Shown piece by piece: positions 1-15,158 of a DNA stretch of 64,000 nucleotides. The translations under genes were made by a program, and so were the position numbers. A model generated the notes under the pieces. The model did not search any database and was not told where the DNA came from. It saw only the letters and a program-made list of their open reading frames with translations. Source of the DNA: the human T2T-CHM13v2.0 reference genome, Homo sapiens; assembly GCF_009914755.1 (NCBI RefSeq), contig NC_060931.1; one strand, given 5' to 3'. Each line of letters starts with the position of its first letter. The first letter of the stretch is position 1.

Positions 1-1823
1 TGTTTGCCAAATAATCACATGAAAAGTGTTAAGATTTACAGAATAGCACATATCAACATTTAAAATGTCACGAAGTTGTAATTAATATTCAAATGAATGG
101 TGTTAGAAAAGTTTAGAGAAGCTCAGAGAAGCAGAGGTCACTTCATGCTGGGATGGCTCTTTTGGGGAGATGGGATTTGATCTGGGCCTAGAGAGCAGGG
201 AGGATATGGTTAGAAACTGAACAAACGGGACAGCATTCTATAAAGACAGAAGTGTAAGAACACAAATGTGAGGTTGGAAATGTATGGGATATGCGTGGGG
301 AAAATAAAGAGCAAGTCAGCTTGTTAAAATTGGAGAAGTGTTGCATTATAGCAGTGATTAGGCTAGACTGTGAGATTTCAGCAAGACTGTGGAAGACCTT
401 TGAATGCCAAGGTAACAAATACGCATTTTATCCTATGGTCTGTGGTGAGCCATTCAACACTTTGGAGCAGCAGAAAGATAGGACTTAAGAAACTTCTGAA
501 GTCTTTTTTTCTTGAAAACATTTTCCCCACTAAATGAAAAATTATTAACCGGTTTATAAAGGAGGTTTTGAATTCTTTTATATACGTTGTCTCAGCATCA
601 GATGAGATGTTCTGAATATGTGTTAATTTCCAGAATGCTGGAGGATAATGATATTATAATACTATATTTACTATTATACCATGATACTATACTGTGTTTA
701 TTAACTCACCCTATACTTATAAAAATACTGTATTATGCCCAATAAATATAGAGAATTTCAAGGGTATTTTGTTTCTAGTGGAATGACCACGAAGGTTCCA
801 CCTGAGCAGGTTTAACGAAAATACTATATTTATACCAATGCTATATAATGGTGTAATAAATATATAGAATCAACAAGGGTATTTTCATTGTTTCTGAAGC
901 AGTGACTATAAAGGTTCCACAAAGGTGTGGATAGAGGAAATAATGGCCAAGATATATAGTAATACATACCAGGCTTTGGAATTGGTGAGAGCATATGTCT
1001 TTTAATTGTTTTTTTTCTATAGTTAGATTTCATATATCTGTTCCTCTTATTAAATTATGGTATATTTGAGAACAGGGGCTATTTATTGATCATCTGAGTA
1101 CCCACCCTATACCTTGCAGATAGTGAGATATGTTAGAAAATATGGTAGAGTTCATCAGCGACTTTGTGGACAAAAAAATGAAAAGCCACATCAACTAAAG
1201 TTTGATCTGTGTGCTATTTGGCTGGATTTTTGTCACTGAATTAATTAACTCAATATATTGATTTTGTTTAAGGCATCTAGAGCTACACAGTTGATGAAGG
1301 CAGTCCAGGGAAGGGCTAAGGGTTAGTGAAGAGTTCAGTCTGTCTGGAGCATAAGTCTGAGCAGCAGAAATGGGATTGGAAAGGTGGATTTGTGTGGGAC
1401 CATGGCTCAGGGCCTGGCCAGTTAGTTTGAACTTGGTTTACTAGGGGTTGGGAACTCATAAAGGTTAATGAGCAAGGGATTAATTTGACCATGTTATATT
1501 TTAGGAAATCAATCTGTTGGCACCACGTAGAATAGGCTATATCAGGCTGGTTAGAGAAAGAGATACACACACAGGAAGTGGGGAGACCACTTAGGAGCTT
1601 TTGTAATGATCCAGGTGAGAAATTATTAAAGCCTGAGTGAGCAGAGAGCCAGGGATGGATGATGTTTTAGTGGCAGAATCAGGAGTAACTGGCAACTGAC
1701 CAAATTAGGAGAGGTGGGGAGACCAAGAAAGAAGTCAATGATGGGTTTGAGGGTTCTTTTTTTAAACTTGAGTAACAATTGATACCGTTAGTAGAAATAG
1801 AAAAGAAAGGAGGTAGAGCAGTA

Positions 1824-2035
1824 TAGGTTGAATATTCCTCATCTGAAATGCTTGGGACTAGAAGCGTTTCAAATTTCAGATTTTTTTGAATTTTGGAACA
1901 CTTGCATTATACTGGTTGAGCATCCCTAATCTGAAAATCTGAAATCTGAAATACTCCAATGAGCATTTCCTTTGAGTGTCAAAAAGTTTCAGATTTTGGA
2001 ACATTTCAGATTTCAAATTAGGAATATTCAATCTG
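1824..2035 (+). mobile_element. Tigger4a/Zombi-like TcMar DNA transposon relic
   Basis: Terminal inverted repeats (taggttgaatattcct...aggaatattcaatctg) flanked by TA, with internal tctgaaa repeats. Confidence 0.8.
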
Positions 2036-2239
2036 TAATTTGATCTTAAATACAAGTTTGATATGATGGCCAAAAATTATCTGAAATAAAGCCAGAGCTC
2101 AGAGGAGAGAACATTTATGAAGATGAGATTTGGTTGGTACGTTCTCTCTTCTGGTGTCTTTTTTATATGTGTGCAGTAAATGCTTATCTGATAACTAAGG
2201 ACAAGGCAATTCTTAACATATTTTTGTTGAGAGACAGTA

Positions 2240-2470
2240 CAGTTATTGGCTAAAAGCTTAACCTCCAGAGTCAGAATGCCTAGGTTCAAATCCCAACTCT
2301 GCTATCTCCTAGCTTGTGCCTCTAAACAAGTTACTGAATCTTTCTGTGCCTTAGTTTCCTTGTCTATAAAACAGAGATAGTAATAATACCTATACCATCA
2401 ACCACTTATGCTTATTAAATAATACTTAGGAAAGTACCTGGCATATGCTAAGTGTTAACCATTATTAGTA
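2240..2470 (+). mobile_element. MIR SINE
   Basis: Core ggttcaaatcccaactctgc...tctgtgccttagtttccttgtctataaaa. Confidence 0.75.
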
Positions 2471-2754
2471 TAATTATCATCATATCTTCTACATTCTTTT
2501 GATGAGCTAGCTACCCAGTGAAGATGTTTTACTTTGCTCTGACCATATGCACCTCTGTGTAGTGATGTGGAAGGTATAAAGTTGTCCAGGGAGAAGGAGT
2601 AAAGAGAAAAAGGTCTCTTCCAATCCAAATTGTTCATCTCATAAACAGCATCTGATTTGTGTGGGCAATCTTATATAATTATACATGTCAGCCTCACTAA
2701 AGTAATTCAGGACACATTTTTCAAGTGTCATTTATGCACATGGGGCTGTGATTC

Positions 2755-3170
2755 TGTTCTAGGAAGGCCCTGCTTAACCTGGCTGTTGCCCTTCTCTCCA
2801 ATCTCATTTTAACCTCTCTGCCTGGCTACATATGGCCCTCCTTTCTGGTTCTTGAACACCCCAGGATTGTCCATGCTCAGAGCCTTTGAATTTGGTGTTC
2901 ACTGTGCCTGGAAAGTGCTTCGTTTGGCTTTTTGCATTTATCCAAAAGGCTTCAGTTTAAATGTCATCTCTTCTTTAACCATAGAATACACATCATTTAC
3001 TCCCTCTCACATTATCCTCTTATCTTGTGTCACCTACTACAATCTGTAACTATCTTAATAGGGACTAGGTCTGCCTTTTTCATGCCTAAACTCCCAGCAC
3101 CTAGAACAGAATCTGACATGCAATGGGCTTTCAATAAATATTTGCTGGATGAGTTAATTAAGTGAATAAT
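2755..3170 (+). mobile_element. L2 LINE 3' fragment
   Basis: 3' end cccagcacctagaacag...caataaatatttgctggatga. Confidence 0.65.
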
Positions 3171-3305
3171 AATAAGATGATATGAGGAGAAGGTAAGACA
3201 AGATAAAAACAAAAAGCTTCAGTATTAGGAAAGGATAGACTGGAAAATAATTTGAAACAATCAGTAAAAAGCAACAGGAAATGTGGAAATGTAATACAGT
3301 GCTAA

Positions 3306-3624
<319 letters not shown>

Positions 3625-5213
3625 TAAGATGCTTATTTGTAAATATAATATGTAAACAAGAAAACAAACTGGAGAAGGGCAAAGGTGGAGACAGTTTCAA
3701 GACAAAAGCGGTGGTAAGTAAAATCAAATTTCTAGAGATGAATTTGAGGACCAAGACTGATGATTAGGAGAGTACTGGTGACTCTGAAGAAGCTGGTTTA
3801 GTTAAGGAATGAGGATAGAAAACCAAACTGCCTGAGGATAAAGAGTAAGCAGGTGAAGAGACAACAGGAACAAAGGGAGCTCTTCCAAGAATTTGTGTGC
3901 TTAAGAGAAGCACGATTAGGTTGTAGTTCCTTGAACCAGGATGTGAAAAGAGGCCCATGCAGGAGGCAGATTTGGGATCTAGTCCAAAAAACTCAGACCT
4001 TGCAACTGAATGTCCTTATTATATATATTAAAAAAACTGCCCCATCTTAACTTCTTTAATAAGGAACAAAGGGGCTAATGGATAAGTGGCTATAAGCAGT
4101 TGTTATTTCTTCGTAAAAATTCTAATGAAGTTCTAATAAAGAGGAAAACATCTATAAACGAATGTTTTATTTGAAACAAAATTAAGGTAAAATTTCACTT
4201 AAGCTTGATTAAGTTAAATTGGATTTTTTCCCATTTTGTTGAAAGTTTTACATTACTCAGCTGTAGCACTTGCCGAGGCCAGATATGAAGAGTGCTTATA
4301 TTTATCACTGACATTTTGTTGAACTTGTTCATTCTTATTAATCACTGCTTTAAAGTAAGCAGCTGAGTACTCTTAGGAAGTTGATATTCCCAGCTGACCT
4401 ATCTGCAAAAATAGTGAAGCTTGATACTCTCTTGCTGCAGTCTGTCTCTATAGATGTATGTGTTCGTGTGGCTATGTGTACATATGTGTGTATTTCTTTT
4501 TCTGGGATTAAAGAAGCAAATACATTTTCGTGAAGCTACTACAAACTTTATCATATTCTATCTTCTGAAAGAATGGATGAATTAAAAACAAAAGCAGGCT
4601 GTGATCTGTTTATATTCTATATGGGAGACAAATCATATCTGAAGAATGAAGACTCCAGTTTAAAAGTCTGATATGAAGACTGTTAGAAGCTATGTCTTTA
4701 CTTGTTGAGATTTCTTGGTGGCAAAGGATAAAACACTTGATTATGTTCAGATACAAATCCTATCGTGTGAATATCTGACCTTCTGGTACAGTGTTAGGAT
4801 TTTTCATCCAGGATTCACAGAAAAAACATAAAAGCCTAGCCCCATTAACATAATTTTTCTTTTTTCTTTACAAATATTAGCATTTTAATTTGATTAAAGT
4901 GGTTGACATTTGCTTATCTTCTGGTTCAGAATTTTAATATGTATTCTATTGGTTCCCTCAGCAATGTAAACATATGTATGTGACTCTAAAAGTTTTGAAT
5001 TCAATGGCTAAGTGATCCAAACCATCAATAATTTCTAGTGATTCTATTTGGTTCTTTAAAAAAATCTGATCTTTTTTTTACAGGATCTTTTTCTCTTGTT
5101 AAAGTTTATTTTCCTTATTTTATCCTTGAATCATTGTAAATAATGTTGATTTTATAGCCTTTATAGTTCTGTCATCTCCAGTTCTTTGGGGATTAATTCT
5201 CCCCAAAGAATTA

Positions 5214-5542
<329 letters not shown>

Positions 5543-5639
5543 CTACAAGTTGTTATTTGTACTAATTTCAGTGTATTTCATATGGAAAACTACATATTTT
5601 GTCATTTCCATTGTAATTTCCTCTTTTAACTCATGAACT

Positions 5640-6560
5640 ATTATTTTTTCAGCTTCCAAACACATGGGTTTGGGTATTTTCAACTACCTTTTCAGAGTTG
5701 GCTCTTAATTAAATTTAATTGTAGTTAAAGACCATAGTCTGTATAACACAGATTCAGTGTAATTTGTTGAGAGTTTAACTGTGAACACATATGTAGTCAA
5801 TTTCTATGATTATTCTATGTGTACTGAATGAACAAATATTCTCTACTATGCAATGTTACTTTATATCTTTTTGATAGATTATTAATTTTGTGGTTAAATC
5901 TTTATATCCTTACTTATTTTTTGCCTCCTTGGTCTATCAGTTTTTGAAAGGGGTATCTTAAAATTTCCCACTATGATTAAGAACTTGTCAAATTAGTCTT
6001 ATATGTTTTCGTGTTATAGATATTAGGGTTATATAGTTAGATGAATTTGAGCTTTATCTTCTTTCATTTTTGTTATGTAGTGTCATTCTGTAGTCCTATT
6101 ATTGCTTTATGCCTTAAATTCCATATTATCTGATGTTAACATAGCTATAGTAGCTTTCTTTGGATAGAAATGCATGGTGTATTTATTTCCATTTCCTTAC
6201 TTTGAAACTTTCTATGTGGTTTTGTTTCAGGTGTATCTCCAAGAAGAATAGTGCTAGACTTTTAAAAATATCTAATGCAAACATTTATTTTAATAGACTA
6301 AGTTATATTTATCATTCTTACTTTTATATTATGGCTTAATTTTACCATATTTTCTCTTTGATTTCTTGTTTGTTGCCTTCTTTTGTGTTTACATTGTTTT
6401 ACGTGGTCACCTTTTATTTACCCTCTGCTTCTTTGAGCAACGCAAGATTGCATTCTATTTCCTTAGTACTTAACTCTAAAATTTTAACATACATTTCCTA
6501 ACAAAAATTAAAATTAGTATTCCTCTCCTCCCTCCTTCTGAACAGGACAACATCTGGCAT
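5640..6560 (-). mobile_element. Ancient L1M fragment
   Basis: T-rich degenerate L1 ORF2-like antisense sequence (ttatctgatgttaacatagcta...gctttctttgg). Boundaries approximate. Confidence 0.5.
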
Positions 6561-6955
6561 GCTTTCACTACCCCCCATCTCCATCTTGCCCCAGCTAACT
6601 TTTAAATTATTGCCTAAATTTAGTTTTGCCTCTTTTTTAGATTAAAACAAAGCTTATTTTAAAATAATCAATAAAGTTACTGACACATTTTGCCCATTTC
6701 CATGCTCCATCTTTCCTGTGTATTCTCCATCTTTCCTGTGTTCACTCCTTTTCTGGCTGAAGCACATATAACGGGCAGAGCTGGGATTCAAAGTGATGTG
6801 TGTTTCCTTCCAGAGCCCCTTCTCACAACCACAACAATCTACTAGTCACAGATACAGAGGAAGGTACTCTGGGTGTCTGCAGCAAGGCGTAGAGCCAGAC
6901 AAGAGACAGATGGAGAGAAACAGGGGAAGTGGAGGATGGCTTCTAAGCAGGCATT

Positions 6956-7590
<635 letters not shown>

Positions 7591-8219
7591 TAAATTTTTA
7601 AAAAATTAAAAAATATTTTTTTAAAAGTGTCAAGATATAAAGACACAAAGCTACTTTTGACACTATCTGCTGGAAGACTCTGCCCATTGGAGACAGAATT
7701 TCTATATCAGAAAAGCAAAAACAGAAAACTCATGCGATGAGGATATTATATATATATACATACATACATACATACATACATAAGACATAAATAAACATGG
7801 AGGTATGGTAGTAAGTCTAGGCTTAGGCCAAAAAGGGCACTCCTTTGAGGCCTGTGTAAGGATGCTGGGGGATTCCCAACACTTAGGCACAGTGCCTGGC
7901 ACATAACAGGTACTCAAGAATACTTATGAAATGAAAGAAATGAAAGCAAGGAAGAAGAGAAAGGATGGAAATGAAAATAGGGGAGAGGAATGAGAAAATA
8001 AAAGCATGAGAAAGGAGGAAGGTAAAAATGAAATAGGAAGAAAATGAAAGGAAGAAAATTTTACAAAAGGCCAGAAGAAAGTAAATAAAAAGGATCTCTT
8101 TTTTGTTTTAAAACTTTTATATGTATATGTATATTTAAAAATAGGCAAAAAAGGAACAAAAAGATTCACATCAAACTGTTAACAAAGTTTACGTAGGGTA
8201 GGGAGTGACTTCCACTTTT

Positions 8220-8549
<330 letters not shown>

Positions 8550-8629
8550 TTATGCACATCAGGAATATTTAAGCTTATTCCAGCAAGCATGTATTGTTTG
8601 TAAATAAGGATTTAAAAATTAAGACTTAG

Positions 8630-8925
8630 TAGCTAGTGAAATGGCTCATGCCTGTAATCCCAGCACTTTGGGAGGATGAGGCAGAAGGATCACTTGAAGC
8701 TGGGAGTTCAAAACCAGCCTGGTCAGCATAGTAAGACTCCATTTCTACAAAATTAAAAACTAAAAAATTAGGCATGGCAGCGCATGCCTGTAGTCCCAGC
8801 TACTTAAGAGGCTAAGGCAGGAGAAACACTTGAGGAGTTTGAAGCTGCAGTGAGCCATGAATGCACCACTGCACTCCAGCCTGGGCAACAGAGCAAGACC
8901 CTATCTTTAAAAAGAAAAAAAAGAA
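8630..8925 (+). mobile_element. AluJ
   Basis: Diverged dimeric Alu with A-rich tail. Confidence 0.85.
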
Positions 8926-9662
8926 ATCTAAGATTTAGCAATAATGAAAGGGAAGTGAACAAATAATATAAAATAATCACACAGTATGGCTTGTTGTGAA
9001 GTACATTAAAGTGAGCTCCTCTTCACGGATCCCCTTGGAGGGCTGCCTCCAAGACTTCCCGTCTAACTCCAGGGGCAGAGATCATCTCAATCCTACTAGC
9101 CTCTTCAAAGTCCAGGTCCAAAAAGATAGAGAAGTCACATAAAAGGGTTTCCACTTCTCCTAAAGCCACTCGTCAAATTCCAGACAGCCCTGGAATTGCT
9201 CAGCCTTGCATTCCCCCAGGATGCCTGACTCCCTTTACAGACAGTCCAATCCCACACCCACCGGTCTTTTCCTTCAGCCTCAAAAGAACAACCCTATCAG
9301 AATAGGATAAATCAAGTATTCACACATCTACAAGGTATTTTTAGAAACCTCTTCCTTCCAAGATAGTAGCTCATGAAAATAGAGAAAATGCTTCCTTCAT
9401 TTTTTATCTTCCTGGCTTGCTCATTTCTACAAGATGGATAGAATTTCAATACTACTCCTTGAAGGAAACGTGATAGGCAAGTCCAGCTGATCTCTTAAAA
9501 CCTAGAAACATTCTATGTAATCCTAGTTTCATGTATGTAAGAAAACCTGTGTCCATAAAAATGAATTAACTCATATGGAGCTTAGGTTATGAATCTTTAT
9601 TAATTCAAGTGATAAGAATAAAAAGGTGATAAACCAAAAGTTGTCTATTACATCCCTGTGGC

Positions 9663-9781
9663 CAGGGTTTTTCAACCTCAGCACTATTGACGTTTGGGCC
9701 AGACAATTCTTTGTTGTGGGGGTTGCCCTGTGCATTGTAGGTCGTTTAACAGCATCCTTGGCCCTTACCCACCACATATCT

Positions 9782-9826
<45 letters not shown>

Positions 9827-9908
9827 CCCAGTTATGATAACCAAAAGTGTCTCCAGGCATTGCCAAACATACTCTGGGGTCAATATCTTCCCTGGCTGGG
9901 AACCACTG
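9663..9908 (-). mobile_element. MER20 (hAT-Charlie) containing an (AC)20 microsatellite
   Basis: Ends cagggtttttcaacctcagcactattgac and gggaaccactg; (AC)n at 9785-9824. Confidence 0.85.
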
Positions 9909-10279
9909 ATGTAGCTCCAATTTGCAAAAATGAGTCATTTTATCTCACCACCAGTGGAAATATATGTTTTGTGTGCACACAGATATTTTCGGTTTAGTAT
10001 GTGTTAAGCCATCCCTTGTAATGAAAGGAATTTGCAATGCCAATGGCAACATAGAGAAAAGCTACAAGACAGGCAGAACTGTATTCCAAAGCTTCATACT
10101 ATATTATGAAACAACATAAAGAATACTATGAACAAATATTCAGCAAAGACACATTTATATTCAGCAAAGATAAAAATAATAAATATTATATGTGTGTAGT
10201 GACCCTATTTTATGAATGATTTCATTTTTTTTTATAACTTCGGATAACCCTCTAAGCAGATTTTAGAGCTGAAACCATC

Positions 10280-10656
10280 TGTATTAGTCTGTTCTGACTC
10301 TGCTAATAAAGACATACCCAAGACTGGCAAATTTATAAAGGAAAGAGGTTTAATTGACTCACAGTTTAGCATGGTTAGGGAGGCCTGAGGAAACTTACAA
10401 TCATGGCGGAAGGGGAAGCAAACATGTCCTTCTTCACATGGCAGCATCGAGAAGAATGAGTGCCCAGCAAAGGGGTGAGCCCCTTATAAAACCATCAGAT
10501 CTCATGAGAACTCACTCACTATCACGAGAACTGGATAGGGGACACTGCCCCCATCATTCAATTATCTCCACCTGGTCCCTCCCAGGACACATGGGGATTT
10601 TATGGGTACTACAATTCAAGATGAAATTTGGGTGGGGACACAGCCAAACCATATCA
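10280..10656 (-). mobile_element. THE1 (C-like) MaLR solo LTR
   Basis: TG...CA ends (tgtattagtc...aaccatatca) with 5-bp TSD CCATC at 10275-10279 and 10657-10661. Confidence 0.9.
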
Positions 10657-12116
10657 CCATCCAAAAATTCAACCCTAATCTAGTTATCTACTTGGGAAAA
10701 ACTATTCCCACAATATCACCACATTGATAACTTCACCATTCAGTACCTAGTTTAAGAAAAAATAATGTTAGCAGGCTGCCTAGACTAACAATATTAAAAT
10801 ACTGAATATATGTGGTTCTATGAAAATTAATTGACATCTTTCCATTGCATTCCAAAGAAGAAAGGAGAAAAATTGTTTGGTGAAGTCAGGATCTACTATC
10901 ACTTAAAACAATGTTAATACCACAGACTGCAGGGTCCCCTGTAACCCTGATATTAACTTAGTAATATGAGTGATAATTATTCAGGAGGAAAATAAAGCCA
11001 AAATGTATTTTGGGGGCCTATAACCACTTATTGACTAAATTAGCATTTGTGTCCATTTGCTGTAAACTACTTCAAATTAAAGTACCCAAACACTGTTCTT
11101 TTTTATGTATATATAATAGTCTCATGGAAAAAAATTATAGCTGCATTTTACTTTATGTTCTATTTTAGATGCAGATAGTTGGACTGAATACATTTAAAAT
11201 GTAATTGAATGGCCAAAGGATAAAAATATCCTTTTCTGACTCAGAATAGTTCAATCTGTCATTGTAATTTAAAAAAAAATGAATTCACACTTAAAAAAAA
11301 TAGGTTAATGGAATAGAAATTTGTCTTCCTGTTTTATGTTGCCCTCTCTCCTCCAGTCCACTTGCCAGAAGACATTTCAAGTGCAATCCCTCTGAAAGCT
11401 ACAGATTTAATAAGTTAATGGATGGTTACCATTCTCATTACTAGGCTGATTCTATTCAGTTTAGATCTAGAAAAATCTTTTTGTTGTTGTTGTTTCTGTA
11501 CAATTTCCTGCCATTAAAGAAAAAAAATCAAGTGACATAGTGAATAGAAGAGAAGAGCAAACAGGGTTGGTTTCTGCAGCAATTTCACGAGTATTATTTT
11601 CCCCTTTTGAGATTCAAAATGAGACAAAGACACTCCTCTGTATTTCTAATGAAAAAGTGAGCAATAAATTTACAAACCTGTGCTGAGCCAAATGAACTCA
11701 TTACCATGTTAAACAGTTTAACACATTTTGATCAATATATTAGCTGCACAAACACAAATATGCTATAGTATTATTACAATGTAAACAAACCTGACTGGCC
11801 TATGCTAATAAGCAATAAGACATAAAAGATGTAAAAGGATTAGGATATTTGAAGAAAAGCCAAATACCTTTAATACTCCCCAGAAATGGCATTCTCGCAA
11901 CTCTTTTGTACATATGTATAAATCCCTTAAACACAAAGAAGTCTTACAAATTTATTCCTATTCCTTTACGAAGTTAGTTAAAAATAAATGAACAAGAAAT
12001 TAAACAGAAGGTACTGTAATGAAGTTAGAATATTCTAACTGAAAAACAATTACAATGAAACAATTTAGATTCCTGTAGAATTATAAACATTTTTCAAGGG
12101 ATATTATGCAATGCAA

Positions 12117-12439
12117 TTTTTTTTTTTTTTTTTTTTTTTTGAGACACAGTCTCACTCTGTTGCCCAGGCTGGAGTGTAGTGCCTCAATCTTGGCTCACTG
12201 CAGCCTCCGCCTCCCGGATTCAAGTGATTCTCCTGCCTCAGCCTCCTGAATAGCTTGGATTACAGGCACCTGCCACCATGCCCGGCTAATTTTTTATTTA
12301 TTTTTATTTTTTTATTTTTAGTAGAGACGGGGTTTCACCATGTTGGCCAGGCTCGCTTCGAACTCCTGACCTCAAGTGATCCACCTAACTCGGCCTCCCA
12401 AAGTGCTAGGATTACAGGCGTGAGCCACTGCGCCCAGCC
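12117..12439 (-). mobile_element. AluS (Sx-like)
   Basis: Poly-T followed by antisense Alu body; tgcaattttt on both flanks. Confidence 0.9.
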
Positions 12440-15077
12440 CATTGCAATTTTTAAAACCACGTTTTCTTCTTACTCTTGAAACTCAAAACACTGCAGGTTT
12501 ATTTCATAGTTTTTAAAAAATACACTTATTAGAGTAAGAGCTTTCGTTTCTCAGAAAAAGAGCGTTGTGATTTAAAGTAGCATAATAAATGCTTAGATTT
12601 CTCTTCAAATACATTTGTATACCTCATCTTTCAACTAAGAGGATTAGTTTTCAACAATGCATAATTGACAGAAAATTGTGTTGAAATTGTAGTATTATTT
12701 AATTCTGGGAATTTAGCCAGTCAGATATCAGAGATACATAGTTCTTTGCACAGAACTGGAAAAATATCAACAGTATGTAAATGTGCTTACTGCTCTTCCA
12801 TTGTTCTAACTCCTCTATCAAAATTATATTCAAATTTCACAGAAGTGAAAGCAATAAGCTTAATTCTTGTCCTGAAAGAGAGACAATTGTTTTAATTAAA
12901 AAAGTTACCTTCCTAGTTTCAGACATTTAATCAAACAAAACCTCTAACTCTGAGACACCTTTAGGGCCTTTACTAGAAAAATCCCCTCTGTAGCCGTTGG
13001 CACAAACTTGACAAACTTGCTGAACCGTGCAGATGTTGAAGCAGCTCTCAGTTACACTGGGGAAGAAGGGAACTAGACATTCCACAGCTGCCTAGAACGG
13101 CTTCCTTCCCGGGGCACAGGTGCAGGCTCCATCAAGCTCGATCACTTTGCAGAGCAACTGGGGATCCCAAGCAGGGGAAAAGAAATTCCAGGGCAGCTTA
13201 AATTTCTCCCAGTACCACAGCAAGAAGTAACACTACTTAAAAAGTAACCAGTTACTTCCAACAATTATGTGTGAGGGTGGGTGAGGAGGGGGGCAAGGAA
13301 GAATGAAGAATAATATCTCCAGTAAGAAAAAATAAAAGATGTTTCATATTTTTAAAATTTCAAGCTACTCAGACCTTCCTTAGGTCTTTGTTATGAAAAT
13401 AACTATGAATATCTGGTCTTTATTCCTGATCAATTTTTTTTTTCTTTAGGGGTGGGGAGAGAACAGCCAAGTTGAAAAAATACAGAACTTAACAGTTATT
13501 TCAACAATTGTAATGTAACACATTCATTGCAGGGTTTTAAAAGGATGTAATGGCAGTAATATCGTGTTTAAATGTATTCCACTCTTCCATTTTATGAGTA
13601 TACATTCTCACAAGTTCTTTTAAACATTTTTAAATACTAAAATAATTGTATTAATGATATGGTGTGACCAAAAACAAGCAGCCAGGGAATATTCTTCCCT
13701 ACTTGAGGATAACTGATGCTACAGCAGATGCCATTTCCTTAGGGTAAACCAGAAAGGAAGGGGTTAATAAACATGTAGCTCCACTAAACAACTGAAATAC
13801 ACAGATCACTATTCCCCATAAAATTATACTTTTATACTAATCTTCTGGGGTAGTAAAATACAATATGTAGATGCATACATAGTTTTTATACCTTAAATTT
13901 ATAATATTGTTAAAATTATTACTTTTTACTTGGTTAGAAAACCATTACTGTACCACCACATAAGCACTTGCAAGAATTCACCAGATACAATAATAAAACA
14001 AAAATGATGGTGATGTTACAATTAATTGTGGGATCAAGCACTATGCTGAAAGCCTTCCATAAATCACTTCACCTACCCCTCCCAATGACATTATTTCCAT
14101 TTTATAAATGAAGAAATTAACTTATAAAGTCACTAAGCTAGTCAATGGTACAGCCAGAATTTAAATTTTTTTCTTCTAAAGTCCATACTCTTGGTATTAT
14201 GCTGTATTGTCTTGAAAATGACATTTGTACATTAATTTGGAACATTTTAAGTATTTTTGAAATCAATTTTAAAGGTTTAACATTACATCATTAAATTGTT
14301 ATATTCAGAGCAAAATGGCCTCTCTACATGAGATGTACTAGTTAAATCTTGCTTATATTGCTTATGATACCTTTTTCTTCTCTAACTACTGATTTTTTAA
14401 TAGCCAAAAAAGCTCATTTCAGCCTAGAGTATTAGTAATACAATTTCCTAAATGTTTTCATATGTTTCCTAAATTTCAGATGTCTTTTTATTTTAGATTG
14501 ATCCTCATGGCCGCAAGTCAAGTAGCTAATAGATAATTAATTTTATGTTACATAACAGACAGGCATGTAAACACTAAACTAGGTCTGAGCATTTGGAATA
14601 AGAAAACTTTTTTATTCCATATTGATGCTAAAATATCAACAGGAAGACTTGAAGCCTCAAAAGGCCTTTGTTTATAGTTCAACAACATTCCTCTGAGACA
14701 GTGCAATATACTACAAGCAAGGAGAAATATGAGGCAGAAGTTGGTAACATCTGGGGTGTGCATAGAACTTCTGGTTAATGGAAGTTCCAAGATGTATAAA
14801 TAAAAAACGATGTGTGAGTTGGTGGAAAAAACTGTAAGGCAAGTCAATTTTTTAATTAAAAAATTATGTAGCATAAACAATGCTAATGAGCCACAAGTCC
14901 CAAGAGATTAGTATTGTATCTGCTTCATTTTAATGTTTCATTCACTTTTCGTAAGTTACATCTACTCACTTGAAATATCTCAAGCAGAACCCTTTTTGTA
15001 AAATAGAGTTTTGAAGATATTCTTTGTCCTTGTTCTCAATAGGTCACCATTTTCTACTCAAGCTGTCGAGGACAAAT

Positions 15078-15119
15078 CACACACACAAACACACACACAC
15101 ACTCACACACACACACACA
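15078..15119. repeat. Interrupted (CA)n microsatellite
   Basis: Seen directly; about 40 nt into the intron after the 138-nt exon. Confidence 0.95.
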
Positions 15120-15158
15120 GCCCTAAAATCTTTAAATGAATCACCAGAAAGTAAATAC

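Noticed and set aside
1860-2020. Repeated tctgaaa/tttcaga units as a novel array
   Set aside because: They are intrinsic subterminal repeats of the Tigger4a-like element. No CRISPR-like repeat-spacer structure is present anywhere in the window.
9626-9997. 123-aa ORF with a THTHTH run
   Set aside because: It is the translation of MER20 plus the (AC)n microsatellite.
10554-10564. DUX4-inducible THE1 promoter in sense orientation
   Set aside because: The expected DUX4 motif TGATTCAATTA (recalled consensus) reads TCATTCAATTA here, so the core is disrupted.
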